Below are positions 27,662 to 36,465 of a stretch of DNA of 64,000 bases, one piece after another. This DNA comes from Chlamydiales bacterium (lineage in GTDB: Bacteria; Chlamydiota; Chlamydiia; Chlamydiales; JAAKFR01). The DNA is taken from contig JAJACK010000001.1 of NCBI GenBank assembly GCA_022601535.1, forward strand, positions 569,803 to 633,802, given 5' to 3'. A program made the position numbers and the translations under genes. The notes beneath the pieces were generated by a model. That model saw only the letters and a program-made list of their open reading frames with translations, was not told the DNA's origin and did no database searches. Each line of letters begins with the position of its first letter. The stretch's first letter is position 1.

Positions 27662-30600
27662 ATGGAGTCATGGGTCGGTCAGTATCGGTCGGAGGTTAAA
27701 GAGTGGGATGTTCGCGAGCTACTTTTTTCGGCTTCAACCTATCAGATTGAAGTCTTTCATAAAAAGACTCAAGAGAGCTTCTGGCCTTTTCTTCAATTTG
27801 AGAAAAACACCCTCAAAGATGCTTTTTGTTCCTGTGATTATGAGGGGCGGTGTCCCCATCTAGCTGTTGCTTACTTGAGAATTTTTGGTGAAAAAAAAGA
27901 GCCGCTCCACATCCGTTTTACACACTCGCTTTGGAATCATCTCTTCCGTCTTTATGCTGATAATTTTGGATTTGATACGCTGCTTTTAGAGGGAGAAAAA
28001 GGGGGGATGGCCCTGTCTATTCGTCCAAAGAGTGAGCATGCTGAGGAGCAATTGTTGCAATTGACACGTGCTCATCCAAAAGAAAGTCCTGAAAATTCAA
28101 TCAAGTTTTCTGATCTCCCTGCGCATGAAATTGCAAGGTGGAAAGAGGGACGCCCTTCTCCAGAATTGAGGTACACGCTCTCTTCTTGGTCTGATCTTGC
28201 AAGGTGGTTTTTCCTGCTAGAAGAAGAGTCCCCGTATAAGATGGTGTTTAAAGAAGATAAGAGTGGTTTCCCCACACAGTTTACCATTAAATGGGAAAGC
28301 ATCGAGTTAGAATGTTCATTCCAGGTAGAAGAACTTTTAAAAATTATTCCAGCCCTTCGATCTATTCGATCTCCGCTCACCGTTTCAGAAGAGTCAATGG
28401 AAGGGATTGAGAAGGTCGAATTTGATGTAAAAAAACGGTGTTTCTCTATTCAGCATACTAAATCTCAACGAGAAAAAGGAGAGAGAATAAAACTCGATGG
28501 ATGGCAGTATGTTTCTGGAGTGGGTTTCTTTTCTCAAAAAAAGGGAAGTTTTTTTGATCGAAAAACCATTCCTTTTGAAGATGTTCCACAAGCGTTGAAT
28601 GAGCACCGACCACTTCTTGAAAAACATCTATTGGTGGATGAAGAGGAACACCCTCTTTGTTACCACATGTTTTTCGACAAAGAGTGGAACTGGCATTTTG
28701 AAGCGTATCTTTTTGAAAGAGGAGACCTTCAAGTTCTTTTTGATGGGTGGGCCTATCTAGGAGAGAGGGGCTTTTTCCCAGTCACAGGGGCATTGTTTGA
28801 GTCAGCAAAAGGAGAAGTGAAACCGCCTGATGTTTCTAATTTCGTAAATCATCACAAGATTTGGCTCAACTCTTCGCTTCAATTTCAAACACATCTTGCA
28901 AGCATAGAGTCACACCTTCTCTACCGTATCGATCAAAAATTGAGTTTTTACTCAAAAATGAGTGAAGGAGCCTCTTCAAAAGACTTTGGAGAGTGGGTTT
29001 ATTACAAAGGGCAAGGTTTTTTTTCCAAATCTCACGCAAAATTTGGACAAATTATTCGACCAGGACTTGAAATTCCGCTGCAAAAAATTTCCTCCTTCAT
29101 CAAGGTCAATAGTGAAGAACTCGAAACGATTACAAGCTTTTTCTCTCCTATTCCCCATCTCTCATCTCGTGGTGTTGAAATTGTCGTCGAAGAAGAGAAA
29201 CAGATTCGGATCACGCCACAGTATGTTTCCCATCTTGAAAATGTCCAATTCTTTGGAGATTTTTCCTTTGTAGAAGGAGAAGGTTTTTACAAGCTTCCAA
29301 AAGGGATGTGTTTGCCAGAGGGATACCAAGAAGAGGTGATTGTAAAAGAGGAAGAGATCCACTCTTTTCTCTCTCATGATTTTATCATGCTACAGAAATT
29401 TGCTCTAACACTTGATCCACGTCTAAAGATTCCCCATAAAATGGATCTTAAGTTGAGCTATTTAGTCCGCCACCCAAAAGGAGGGTTGAAGGCAAAATTC
29501 ACACTTGTAACCGAATTTGGAGAGATTGCTCTCACCACTATTTTAGAAGCGATGGAAAAGAAGAGAGAGCTTCTTTTTTCAGAAGGAGGGTTACTCGATT
29601 TAAAAGATGACCGTTTTGCTTGGATCCATAATTTGCAAGGATCTCTCACTCCAGATCTCAAAACAATTGAGATGACAACGCTTGATTTTATCCGCCTTGA
29701 TGCAACAGTTGGGATGTTGAATGAAACAGATAAGAACCCTCAATCGGTGATTACAAATCGTCTTCTAAAAGAGCTACGAGAATTCACTGTGGTAGAACAA
29801 CCTATTCTCAAAGGGTTAAAAAGTGAGCTCCGCCTCTATCAACAAACAGGTCTTCAGTGGCTCTGGTTTCTCTATAAAAATGGCCTTTCAGCTCTTCTCT
29901 GTGATGATATGGGGCTTGGGAAAACACACCAAGCAATGGCTCTTATGGCAGCGATTATAAACCGTAAAGAAGGGTGCCGTTTTTTAGTCGTCTGTCCCAC
30001 ATCGGTGATCTACCATTGGCAAGATAAATTAGAAACTTTCCTCCCTAAAATCAAAGTGCACACTTTCCACGGAGTTAAAAGAACTCTTGGGAAGCTTCCG
30101 AAAGAAGGTTTAGTTCTCACAACCTATGGAGTGCTACGAATGGAGAAAGAGAAGCTTAAAAAAATTCCATTTGAGCTTGCTATTTTCGATGAAATTCAAG
30201 TCGCAAAAAACTCCCAGAGTCAAGTTCATAAATCATTGACATCTGTAAATGCCACCATGCGTTTAGGTTTGACTGGGACCCCGATTGAGAACAATCTCTT
30301 TGAGCTCAAATCACTATTTGACACCGTTCTTCCAGGTTATATGCCTTCAACAGCTCGCTTCCGCTCCCAGTTTGTCATTCCAATCGAAAATGAAGGGAAT
30401 GAAGAGAGAAAAGGAGAGCTTACGCAAATCATCAAGCCATTTATTCTTCGGAGAAGAAAGAGTGAAGTGTTGCAGGAACTGCCAGAAAAATGTGAAGACA
30501 AAGCATTTTGTGATCTTTCTGAAACTCAAATCAAGCTCTATAAAGCATCGATTACGCAAGAGCGGGATGATCTCATTACTGAATTACGCGATCGCGAAAC

Positions 30601-31225
30601 ACCGATCCCCTACATCCACATCTTTTCGATTCTCTCCCGCCTCAAACAAATTTGCAACCACCCTGCTCTTTCTGAGAAGGATCCATTCAACTATCAAAAT
30701 TATGATTCAGGAAAATGGGATCTTTTTGTTGAGTTACTTTCAGAAGCGCGAGAGAGTGATCAAAAGGTGGTTGTCTTCTCCCAATACTTACAAATGCTCG
30801 ATATCATGGAAGACTACCTTAAAAAGCAAGGGTGGGGGTATGCGCAGATACGAGGTCAGACGGTTGATCGGCGGGGAGAGCTCAAACGTTTTGCCGAAGA
30901 TCCAAATTGCGTCGTTTTTATTGGTTCATTGCAAGCAGCTGGATTGGGGATTGATCTCACCTCAGCATCGATTGTGATTCTCTATGATCGGTGGTGGAAT
31001 GCAGCGCGAGAGAACCAAGCAATTGACCGAGTTCATCGTTTAGGGCAAAAGTGGAAAGTGCATGTCTTTAAGCTCATTTCAAAAGGGACAATTGAAGAGA
31101 AAATTGATTTAATGATCAGTAAAAAGGGAAAATTAATGGAAGAAATTGTCACATCAGATGATCAATCTGTCCTCAAGAAATTTTCCCGCTCAGAGCTTAT
31201 CGACCTCCTCTCCTACTCAGAATAA
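27662..31225 (+). CDS. SWIM zinc-finger / SNF2-family helicase (CT555-like)
   Basis: 1187 aa with an N-terminal SWIM motif (CSCDYEGRCPH), SNF2 ATPase motifs (LCDDMGLGKT, DEIQVAKN, LTGTPIENN) and a helicase C-terminal domain (QAIDRVHRLGQ). Confidence 0.9.
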   Translation: MESWVGQYRSEVKEWDVRELLFSASTYQIEVFHKKTQESFWPFLQFEKNTLKDAFCSCDYEGRCPHLAVAYLRIFGEKKEPLHIRFTHSLWNHLFRLYADNFGFDTLLLEGEKGGMALSIRPKSEHAEEQLLQLTRAHPKESPENSIKFSDLPAHEIARWKEGRPSPELRYTLSSWSDLARWFFLLEEESPYKMVFKEDKSGFPTQFTIKWESIELECSFQVEELLKIIPALRSIRSPLTVSEESMEGIEKVEFDVKKRCFSIQHTKSQREKGERIKLDGWQYVSGVGFFSQKKGSFFDRKTIPFEDVPQALNEHRPLLEKHLLVDEEEHPLCYHMFFDKEWNWHFEAYLFERGDLQVLFDGWAYLGERGFFPVTGALFESAKGEVKPPDVSNFVNHHKIWLNSSLQFQTHLASIESHLLYRIDQKLSFYSKMSEGASSKDFGEWVYYKGQGFFSKSHAKFGQIIRPGLEIPLQKISSFIKVNSEELETITSFFSPIPHLSSRGVEIVVEEEKQIRITPQYVSHLENVQFFGDFSFVEGEGFYKLPKGMCLPEGYQEEVIVKEEEIHSFLSHDFIMLQKFALTLDPRLKIPHKMDLKLSYLVRHPKGGLKAKFTLVTEFGEIALTTILEAMEKKRELLFSEGGLLDLKDDRFAWIHNLQGSLTPDLKTIEMTTLDFIRLDATVGMLNETDKNPQSVITNRLLKELREFTVVEQPILKGLKSELRLYQQTGLQWLWFLYKNGLSALLCDDMGLGKTHQAMALMAAIINRKEGCRFLVVCPTSVIYHWQDKLETFLPKIKVHTFHGVKRTLGKLPKEGLVLTTYGVLRMEKEKLKKIPFELAIFDEIQVAKNSQSQVHKSLTSVNATMRLGLTGTPIENNLFELKSLFDTVLPGYMPSTARFRSQFVIPIENEGNEERKGELTQIIKPFILRRRKSEVLQELPEKCEDKAFCDLSETQIKLYKASITQERDDLITELRDRETPIPYIHIFSILSRLKQICNHPALSEKDPFNYQNYDSGKWDLFVELLSEARESDQKVVVFSQYLQMLDIMEDYLKKQGWGYAQIRGQTVDRRGELKRFAEDPNCVVFIGSLQAAGLGIDLTSASIVILYDRWWNAARENQAIDRVHRLGQKWKVHVFKLISKGTIEEKIDLMISKKGKLMEEIVTSDDQSVLKKFSRSELIDLLSYSE

Positions 31226-31290
31226 CCTTAATTATTTACCTGCTTGTTTGTATAATGTTATAATACAGCAAGTTAAAACAGGTTCTTGTA

Positions 31291-32286
31291 GTGAAGAAAT
31301 TTTTTATTCTCTGCGCCTTGCTCCTGCTAGTAGGGGTAGGGTTTTACTTCGGCACATTAAAACGGCTTTATCAGGGGTATAGAAGTTCTAAAGATCGATC
31401 CCAATACTATCAGTTAGGTGATTCAAATATTCAAGATATTACTGAGAAACTTATTGCTGATTCGACTATTCCCAGTGATTTGAAGCAGCCTCTTATTGAA
31501 GGAAAACGGCGTATCGTCATTTTTAAGTATTTAAGTGGTTCAGAGAATGTTGCAGGGTATTTGAGCTATCTTACCGAAGGAGACTTTCCTCTTATGTTAT
31601 TTCTAAGAGGAGGCAATGGATCTTTTGGTATTCCAAGACCAAATCACTGTTTTTCCTTTTTAGAGGGATACAATGTCGTAGGGACCCTTTACCGAGGGAA
31701 TATTTATGGGGGAGTGGATGAGTGGGGAGGAGAAGATATCTGTGATGTTGAAAATCTTATAAAGTTTCTTCCCCAATTGGAGAGTGTTAGTAAGGTAAAT
31801 TTTCAGCCCCCCTACAAGATGATGGGGGTAAGTCGAGGAGCTATGGAGATGTTTATATCTTTAAGTCGTTCCGAATATGTTAGAGATACCATCTCTCATG
31901 CGATTTCTGTATCGGGCAATGTCGATTTAAATGTGAGTATGGATAAGCGACCTGAAATGAGGTATTTATTTAGAAAAAAATTTAAAGAAAGCAGTGGTGA
32001 TTGTTTTGATCATTGGCTTCAATCCAGAAATCCTGTTGCTCACTCTTCCCAATTATCAAAATCGTTAAAAATTCTGTTGGTCTATGGGCTCGAGGATAAT
32101 AGGGTCTTTTTACAAGAGCAAAAAAACTTGAAAAAAGCTTTAGAAGGAAAGCAAATCGATGTTGAATTGGCCACAATACCTGGGGCAAACCACGGCTTAG
32201 ATGGTCATTTTGAAACACTAGAATCTATTCTCAAAGATTGGTTAAAAAAAGAGAAAACTGATGGAAAAGATTGTCATATTAGATGA
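31291..32286 (+). CDS. Alpha/beta hydrolase (S9/dienelactone-hydrolase-like serine hydrolase), membrane-anchored or secreted
   Basis: 331 aa, GTG start, N-terminal hydrophobic segment. Nucleophile elbow GVSRG, with candidate Asp (GLEDN) and His (GANHG). Confidence 0.7.
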   Translation: MKKFFILCALLLLVGVGFYFGTLKRLYQGYRSSKDRSQYYQLGDSNIQDITEKLIADSTIPSDLKQPLIEGKRRIVIFKYLSGSENVAGYLSYLTEGDFPLMLFLRGGNGSFGIPRPNHCFSFLEGYNVVGTLYRGNIYGGVDEWGGEDICDVENLIKFLPQLESVSKVNFQPPYKMMGVSRGAMEMFISLSRSEYVRDTISHAISVSGNVDLNVSMDKRPEMRYLFRKKFKESSGDCFDHWLQSRNPVAHSSQLSKSLKILLVYGLEDNRVFLQEQKNLKKALEGKQIDVELATIPGANHGLDGHFETLESILKDWLKKEKTDGKDCHIR

Positions 32287-32299
32287 TTGGTCTCCTCTC

Positions 32300-32533
32300 C
32301 TACTCAGAAAAAAAATCTTCCAAAGTAATGATTCGGTCAAAATATGCCCGGGAAGTAAGCGTGTCGTTGGCTCCTCCAGCACTGATTAAAATTTTTTCAA
32401 TTGTCTTATTTTTAGGACGCTTCATCAAGTGTAGTTTCTTCTCAAATTCATCGATAACTTCAACTCCCATCTTTCCTAGTATATATTTGATTTCATCTTC
32501 TCGACCAACAAATCGGATTTTTTCTCTTTTCAT
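32300..32533 (-). CDS. Small hypothetical protein (77 aa)
   Basis: ATG with GGAGAGAGAG upstream and balanced charged composition. The overlapping plus-strand ORF is low-complexity. No family recognised. Confidence 0.4.
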   Translation of the reverse strand: MKREKIRFVGREDEIKYILGKMGVEVIDEFEKKLHLMKRPKNKTIEKILISAGGANDTLTSRAYFDRIITLEDFFSE

Positions 32534-32543
32534 CTCTCTCCAA

Positions 32544-32579
32544 GGGCCAGATATAGCTTTATTGCAGTGTATCTGGCCC
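32544..32579. promoter_or_regulatory. 10-bp perfect-stem hairpin between der and the 77-aa ORF; part of a four-segment repeat set
   Basis: GGGCCAGATA-N16-TATCTGGCCC. Related segments are GCCAGATA (32585-32592) and TCTGGCC (32611-32617). Confidence 0.4.
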
Positions 32580-32649
32580 TAAAAGCCAGATAGGCTAATA
32601 AAATCATGTTTCTGGCCTCATGAGCAACAAGTCGGTCTCTATTCAAGGG

Positions 32650-33966
32650 TTAGGCAAAGGCTTGGGAGCGGGTACCAGATCTTTTGAGATGGAAGGTGAG
32701 AGGTGCCCCTGCAAAGTCAAATTCATCCCGGAATTGGTTGAGAAGATAGCGTTTGTAATTCTCTGTCAGCAACTTGGGGTGGTTGACAAAAAGAGCAAAC
32801 CGTGGAGGAGCTGTTGTCACCTGTGTTAAATAGTAAATTCGAAGCCGCTTCCCTGTAATAAAAGGAGGATGGTTGAGCTGGATTGCTTTTTCCATGAAAG
32901 TATTGAGTTTGTGTGTTCCAACCCTCTGATGAAGGTTGTTGTAAACCCTCTTTACTTCATCGAAAATCTTATCGACATTTCGCCCTGTTAAGGCAGAAAT
33001 AGCAAGGATAGGAGCGTACCGAATAAAAGGACTCTCATCTTTGAGCTGTTGCAGGCAGTGTTCCATGCGGAACCCTTTGACAAGATCCCATTTGTTTAAA
33101 AGGATAATACACCCTTTGCCCGCTTTTTCAATCTGAGAGGCGATATGCTTTTCTTGAGTTGACAACCCTTCCTCTGCATCGATGAGAAGAAGGCAGATAT
33201 CAGAACGTTCGATCGCCCGTTCTGTTCGAATTGCAGCAAATTTTTCTACAACTTCTTTTTCAACCTGTTTTTTTCGGATTCCTGCAGTGTCAATTAAGAG
33301 AAATTCATTTTCTCCATAGGTAATAGGAACGTCGATGCTATCCCTTGTTGTTCCAGGGATTGGGCTGACAAGAGACCGTTTTTCATTGAGGAATGTATTG
33401 AGAAGAGTCGATTTCCCCATATTCGCCCGTCCAATGATAGCAACTTTGATCCCTGAAGCCTCAGGAGCGCCTGTCATGTCGATCCCTTCCCACGCTTCTT
33501 CTAAAAGTTCGGTGATCTGGAAGCCATGAACAGCGGAGATGTTAAGCATTTTTTTGATCCCAAGGGAGTAAAATGCGTGGAGAAAATCAAGGTGACACTC
33601 ATCATCGACTTTATTGACAGCAAGTGTAAGAGGTTTTTTGATTTTAAGGAGAAGCTTGGCAAGGTCGTAGTCAAGATCTGTCGGCCCAAGCCGTCCATCG
33701 ACCACCATGACAACGGTATCTGCCTCTTCTAGGGCGATTTCTGCCTGTGCGCGGATTTCCTCATTGAATTCGCCTTCGGAATAGAAATCAATTCCCCCTG
33801 TATCGATCACCTCAAACGGCTTTCCAAAAAGCTCTGCCTCAGCATAAAGGCGATCACGAGTGATCCCCTCTGCCTCATCGACAATGGCAATGCGCTTCTT
33901 TGCAATCCTATTAAAGAGAGCAGATTTACCTACATTCGGACGACCAACAATAGCTAATTTCTTCAT
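32650..33966 (-). CDS. der: Ribosome-associated GTPase Der (EngA)
   Basis: 438 aa with two tandem G domains (GRPNVGKS...DTGG...NKVD and GRANMGKS...DTAG...NKWD) and a KH-like C-terminus. Confidence 0.95.
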   Translation of the reverse strand: MKKLAIVGRPNVGKSALFNRIAKKRIAIVDEAEGITRDRLYAEAELFGKPFEVIDTGGIDFYSEGEFNEEIRAQAEIALEEADTVVMVVDGRLGPTDLDYDLAKLLLKIKKPLTLAVNKVDDECHLDFLHAFYSLGIKKMLNISAVHGFQITELLEEAWEGIDMTGAPEASGIKVAIIGRANMGKSTLLNTFLNEKRSLVSPIPGTTRDSIDVPITYGENEFLLIDTAGIRKKQVEKEVVEKFAAIRTERAIERSDICLLLIDAEEGLSTQEKHIASQIEKAGKGCIILLNKWDLVKGFRMEHCLQQLKDESPFIRYAPILAISALTGRNVDKIFDEVKRVYNNLHQRVGTHKLNTFMEKAIQLNHPPFITGKRLRIYYLTQVTTAPPRFALFVNHPKLLTENYKRYLLNQFRDEFDFAGAPLTFHLKRSGTRSQAFA

Positions 33967-33992
33967 AATAACGGGTAATTATGATAAATGAA

Positions 33993-34021
33993 TTGGCAGA
34001 ATATAACAATATTTTTATAAC
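33993..34021 (+). promoter_or_regulatory. Candidate sigma-70-type promoter for the SulP gene (TTGGCA-17-TATAAC)
   Basis: -35 at 33993-33998 and -10 at 34016-34021. The ATG at 34031 would make the mRNA nearly leaderless. Pattern match only. Confidence 0.3.
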
Positions 34022-34030
34022 TGAAAGAAA

Positions 34031-35821
34031 ATGTTAACAATTTCACCTTTTCCACTTTGGGAGACACTCAAGTCTTACCAACTCCGTTTCTTCCAAAGAG
34101 ATCTCATCGCAGGTCTTTCGGTTGCTCTTTTGGCTCTTCCTCAGGCAATGGCGTTTGCTTTTGTAGCTGGGCTCCCTCCTCAGGTAGGAATTTTTTCAGC
34201 AATTTTTGGGACGATTTTTGTTGCTGCATTTGGTGCCTCTAGGTTTTTGATCTCTGGTCCAACAACTCAAATTGCAATTTTATTGCAGTCGGGGATCTCC
34301 GAAATCCTTACAACTTATCACGGAAATTTAATGGGGGTTGAGCGAGATAGTGTAGCAATTGATCTTTTGATTCAAATTGTTTTGATCGCAGGGGTGTTAC
34401 AAATTATTGGAGGGCTTTTCCGCCTTGGGAGGTTGACTCAGTTTGCTTCTCGGGCTGTGCTCAATGGTTATATGCTAGGCGTGGGTGTTGCGCTTATCAT
34501 GACTCAGGTTTTCCCTTTCTTAGGGATTGCCCCTCCACGTGGCTATTTTCCTGTGTTTGAGAAATTTTGGCTCTTTGCCACAAGTCTCCCTATGGCTCAT
34601 CTAGCAACAACACTTTTAGGCATCTTTTGTTTTGTTCTCCTTTTGCTTCTCTCTCGCTATATGAAAAAGGGGCCTGTCCCTATTATCGTTTTTGCCGTTG
34701 CTGCTGTGATTGTCTACATTTTTCAGCTATCTCCTGAAGAGGGAATGGGAGTTGTAGAAGGATCATTTGGAGAGAAGATCACTAAAATTTCCACCCTAAA
34801 AGATTTTGGCCCTCTCTATACCGAACTCCCCAAAATCATCACGCCTAAATTTGAGGTGCGAACACTTGGAAGTGTGATCCCTTTGGCTTTTGCCATTTGT
34901 TTGCTCTCGGTGTTGCAAGCAACAGCAACAGGGCGCTCTTATTCTCGTGCCAAAGATCCTCCTTACAATGATAATCAAGAGGTTTTTGCCCTTGGAATAG
35001 GGAATGTACTCACCTCTTTTTTTGGAGCTCTTCCCTCTGCTGGGAGTTTTGTCCGCACAGAAATGAACTATTCGATGCGAGCTAAAACACGTCTTGCAGC
35101 GATCTTCAGTGGGATTTTTCTTTTGGTGATCATTTTATTTTTGGGTCCTCTTGTCACACAGATTCCCTTGACGGCACTTGCTGCAATGCTCTTTATCAGT
35201 GCGTATGGGATGCTCAATTTTAAGGATCTCCTCCTCTGTCTTCGATCGACCCGAGCAGACGCATTTGTTTTGCTAGTCACATTTGTCGCTTGTCTTATTT
35301 TTTCCTTAGATATGGCGCTTTACATCGGAATTGCACTTTCAGTCACCTTTTATCTTAAGCAAGCTGGAACCCCTCTTCTTGTTGAGTATACATTCACTAA
35401 TGTGGGGAAATTACGTCCTTTAGATTTTGAGGATGAAAGACCTGATGCGCGGATTGCTATTTTCCAAACGGAGGGAGAGCTCTTTTTTGGTGCAGCTGAC
35501 CTTCTTCAAACAAAGCTTCGGCTTGTTGGAGAAGATGAGGGGATCAAAGTGATTATTTTGCAATTGCTCAATGTTCGTCATATTGATGCATCTTGTTGTA
35601 TTGCATTGAAAAATGTCTACCGCTACTTGAAGGATACAAACCGTATTTTGATGATTTGCGGTGTGACAGATGATGTGTATACGACGTTAGAAGAGGCGGG
35701 TCTTGTGTCAAAGATTGGGAAAGAAAATTTTTATCTAGCGAATGACCAGCTCCCTGGAGAACCGACACGGAATGCTTACGCTGCTGCCAAAACCCTCTTA
35801 TCTCCTGGATCAGCTACTTAG
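34031..35821 (+). CDS. SulP-family anion permease with C-terminal STAS domain
   Basis: 596 aa with the SulP N-terminal signature (DLIAGLSVALLALPQAMAFA), a polytopic core and a STAS-like tail (IAIFQTEGELFFGAA...). Confidence 0.9.
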   Translation: MLTISPFPLWETLKSYQLRFFQRDLIAGLSVALLALPQAMAFAFVAGLPPQVGIFSAIFGTIFVAAFGASRFLISGPTTQIAILLQSGISEILTTYHGNLMGVERDSVAIDLLIQIVLIAGVLQIIGGLFRLGRLTQFASRAVLNGYMLGVGVALIMTQVFPFLGIAPPRGYFPVFEKFWLFATSLPMAHLATTLLGIFCFVLLLLLSRYMKKGPVPIIVFAVAAVIVYIFQLSPEEGMGVVEGSFGEKITKISTLKDFGPLYTELPKIITPKFEVRTLGSVIPLAFAICLLSVLQATATGRSYSRAKDPPYNDNQEVFALGIGNVLTSFFGALPSAGSFVRTEMNYSMRAKTRLAAIFSGIFLLVIILFLGPLVTQIPLTALAAMLFISAYGMLNFKDLLLCLRSTRADAFVLLVTFVACLIFSLDMALYIGIALSVTFYLKQAGTPLLVEYTFTNVGKLRPLDFEDERPDARIAIFQTEGELFFGAADLLQTKLRLVGEDEGIKVIILQLLNVRHIDASCCIALKNVYRYLKDTNRILMICGVTDDVYTTLEEAGLVSKIGKENFYLANDQLPGEPTRNAYAAAKTLLSPGSAT

Positions 35822-35824
35822 CAA

Positions 35825-35853
35825 TTGCATTTTTAATAAAACATAAGTATAAC
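35825..35853 (+). promoter_or_regulatory. Candidate sigma-70-type promoter (TTGCAT-17-TATAAC) for Inc-like paralog A
   Basis: -35 at 35825-35830, -10 at 35848-35853, AGGAG at 35873-35877, ATG at 35882. Confidence 0.4.
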
Positions 35854-35881
35854 TCTAGTTATAAATTAGATAGGAGATGTT

Positions 35882-36346
35882 ATGCAGCCACTTAGAGGTG
35901 TTGAAAACCTAAATTGTACCGTTAATTATTATGGATCTACAAGCCTTGAAAAAGAGATGGTTGCTGGTTATGCGGTATTGTCTTTGGGTAGTTTAGCCTT
36001 AGGCAAAGGCTTATCAAGCCCCACAATCTCAAATAGATTCACGATATTTGGGAAATTTTGTGGAGGGGCTGCAGCTTTAGGGGCCGTAAGTTTCTATCTT
36101 CTGGGGTTAATTTTAAAGATAAAAGTTGTGATTAATAATTTGATCCAAATTTTTAATGCAGATGACTTTAAAGATCTTCCAGAAATAAAAAAAATTTCAA
36201 TTCCAGGAATGGATCCAGTCTATTCAATCTCATACCTGAAAAATGGGGAGGGACACTTAGAGTTTTGCAGGGGACCTCTTGTGGTAAAAGAAAGACTTAA
36301 GTTATGTGGATTTGAAGCTCTTTTAGAAAATGAGGATGGGTTGTGA
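35882..36346 (+). CDS. Inc-like membrane protein, paralog A (hypothetical)
   Basis: 154 aa with a bilobed hydrophobic region (VAGYAVLSLGSLALGKGL...FGKFCGGAAALGAVSFYLLGLIL). Its C-terminal domain is alignable with paralog B (DFKDLPEI...SISYLKNGEGHLEF versus DFKEIDTF...TLTYAQKGRPHIEF). Confidence 0.55.
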   Translation: MQPLRGVENLNCTVNYYGSTSLEKEMVAGYAVLSLGSLALGKGLSSPTISNRFTIFGKFCGGAAALGAVSFYLLGLILKIKVVINNLIQIFNADDFKDLPEIKKISIPGMDPVYSISYLKNGEGHLEFCRGPLVVKERLKLCGFEALLENEDGL

Positions 36347-36372
36347 GATGATCGCCCATTAACCTCTCATTT

Positions 36373-36406
36373 CCCTCCTAAAACGCAAAATAGCGATTTA
36401 GGAGGG
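36373..36406 (+). repeat. 34-nt hairpin element, copy 1
   Basis: CCCTCCTAAA-A-CGC-AAAATA-GCG-A-TTTAGGAGGG: a 10-bp stem plus a 3-bp inner stem. It lies 27 nt after the paralog A stop. Confidence 0.9.
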
Positions 36407-36427
36407 AAAAATTACATTGCCTTAAAA

Positions 36428-36465
36428 CCCTCCTAAAACGCAAAATAGCGATTTAGGAGGGTTTT
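36428..36465 (+). promoter_or_regulatory. 34-nt hairpin element, copy 2, plus TTTT; terminator-like and sequesters the SD of the downstream ATPase gene
   Basis: Identical 34-mer at 36428-36461, preceded by AAAA and followed by TTTT and then GTG (36466). Its 3' arm, TTTAGGAGGG, contains the only AGGAGG for that start. Confidence 0.6.

Noticed and set aside
30285-30977. 230-aa plus-strand ORF in an alternative frame
   Set aside because: It lies entirely inside the SNF2 helicase gene, whose frame carries the conserved helicase motifs.
32283-32582. 99-aa plus-strand ORF overlapping the end of the hydrolase gene
   Set aside because: It has Ser/Ile/Phe-rich low-complexity composition and no SD. 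The minus-strand 77-aa ORF has better composition and an SD, though that ORF is itself uncertain.
36373-36461. Possible CRISPR array
   Set aside because: There are only two copies, each is itself a perfect hairpin, the spacer is 21 nt, and no cas genes are present. I interpret it as a regulatory or REP-like element instead.
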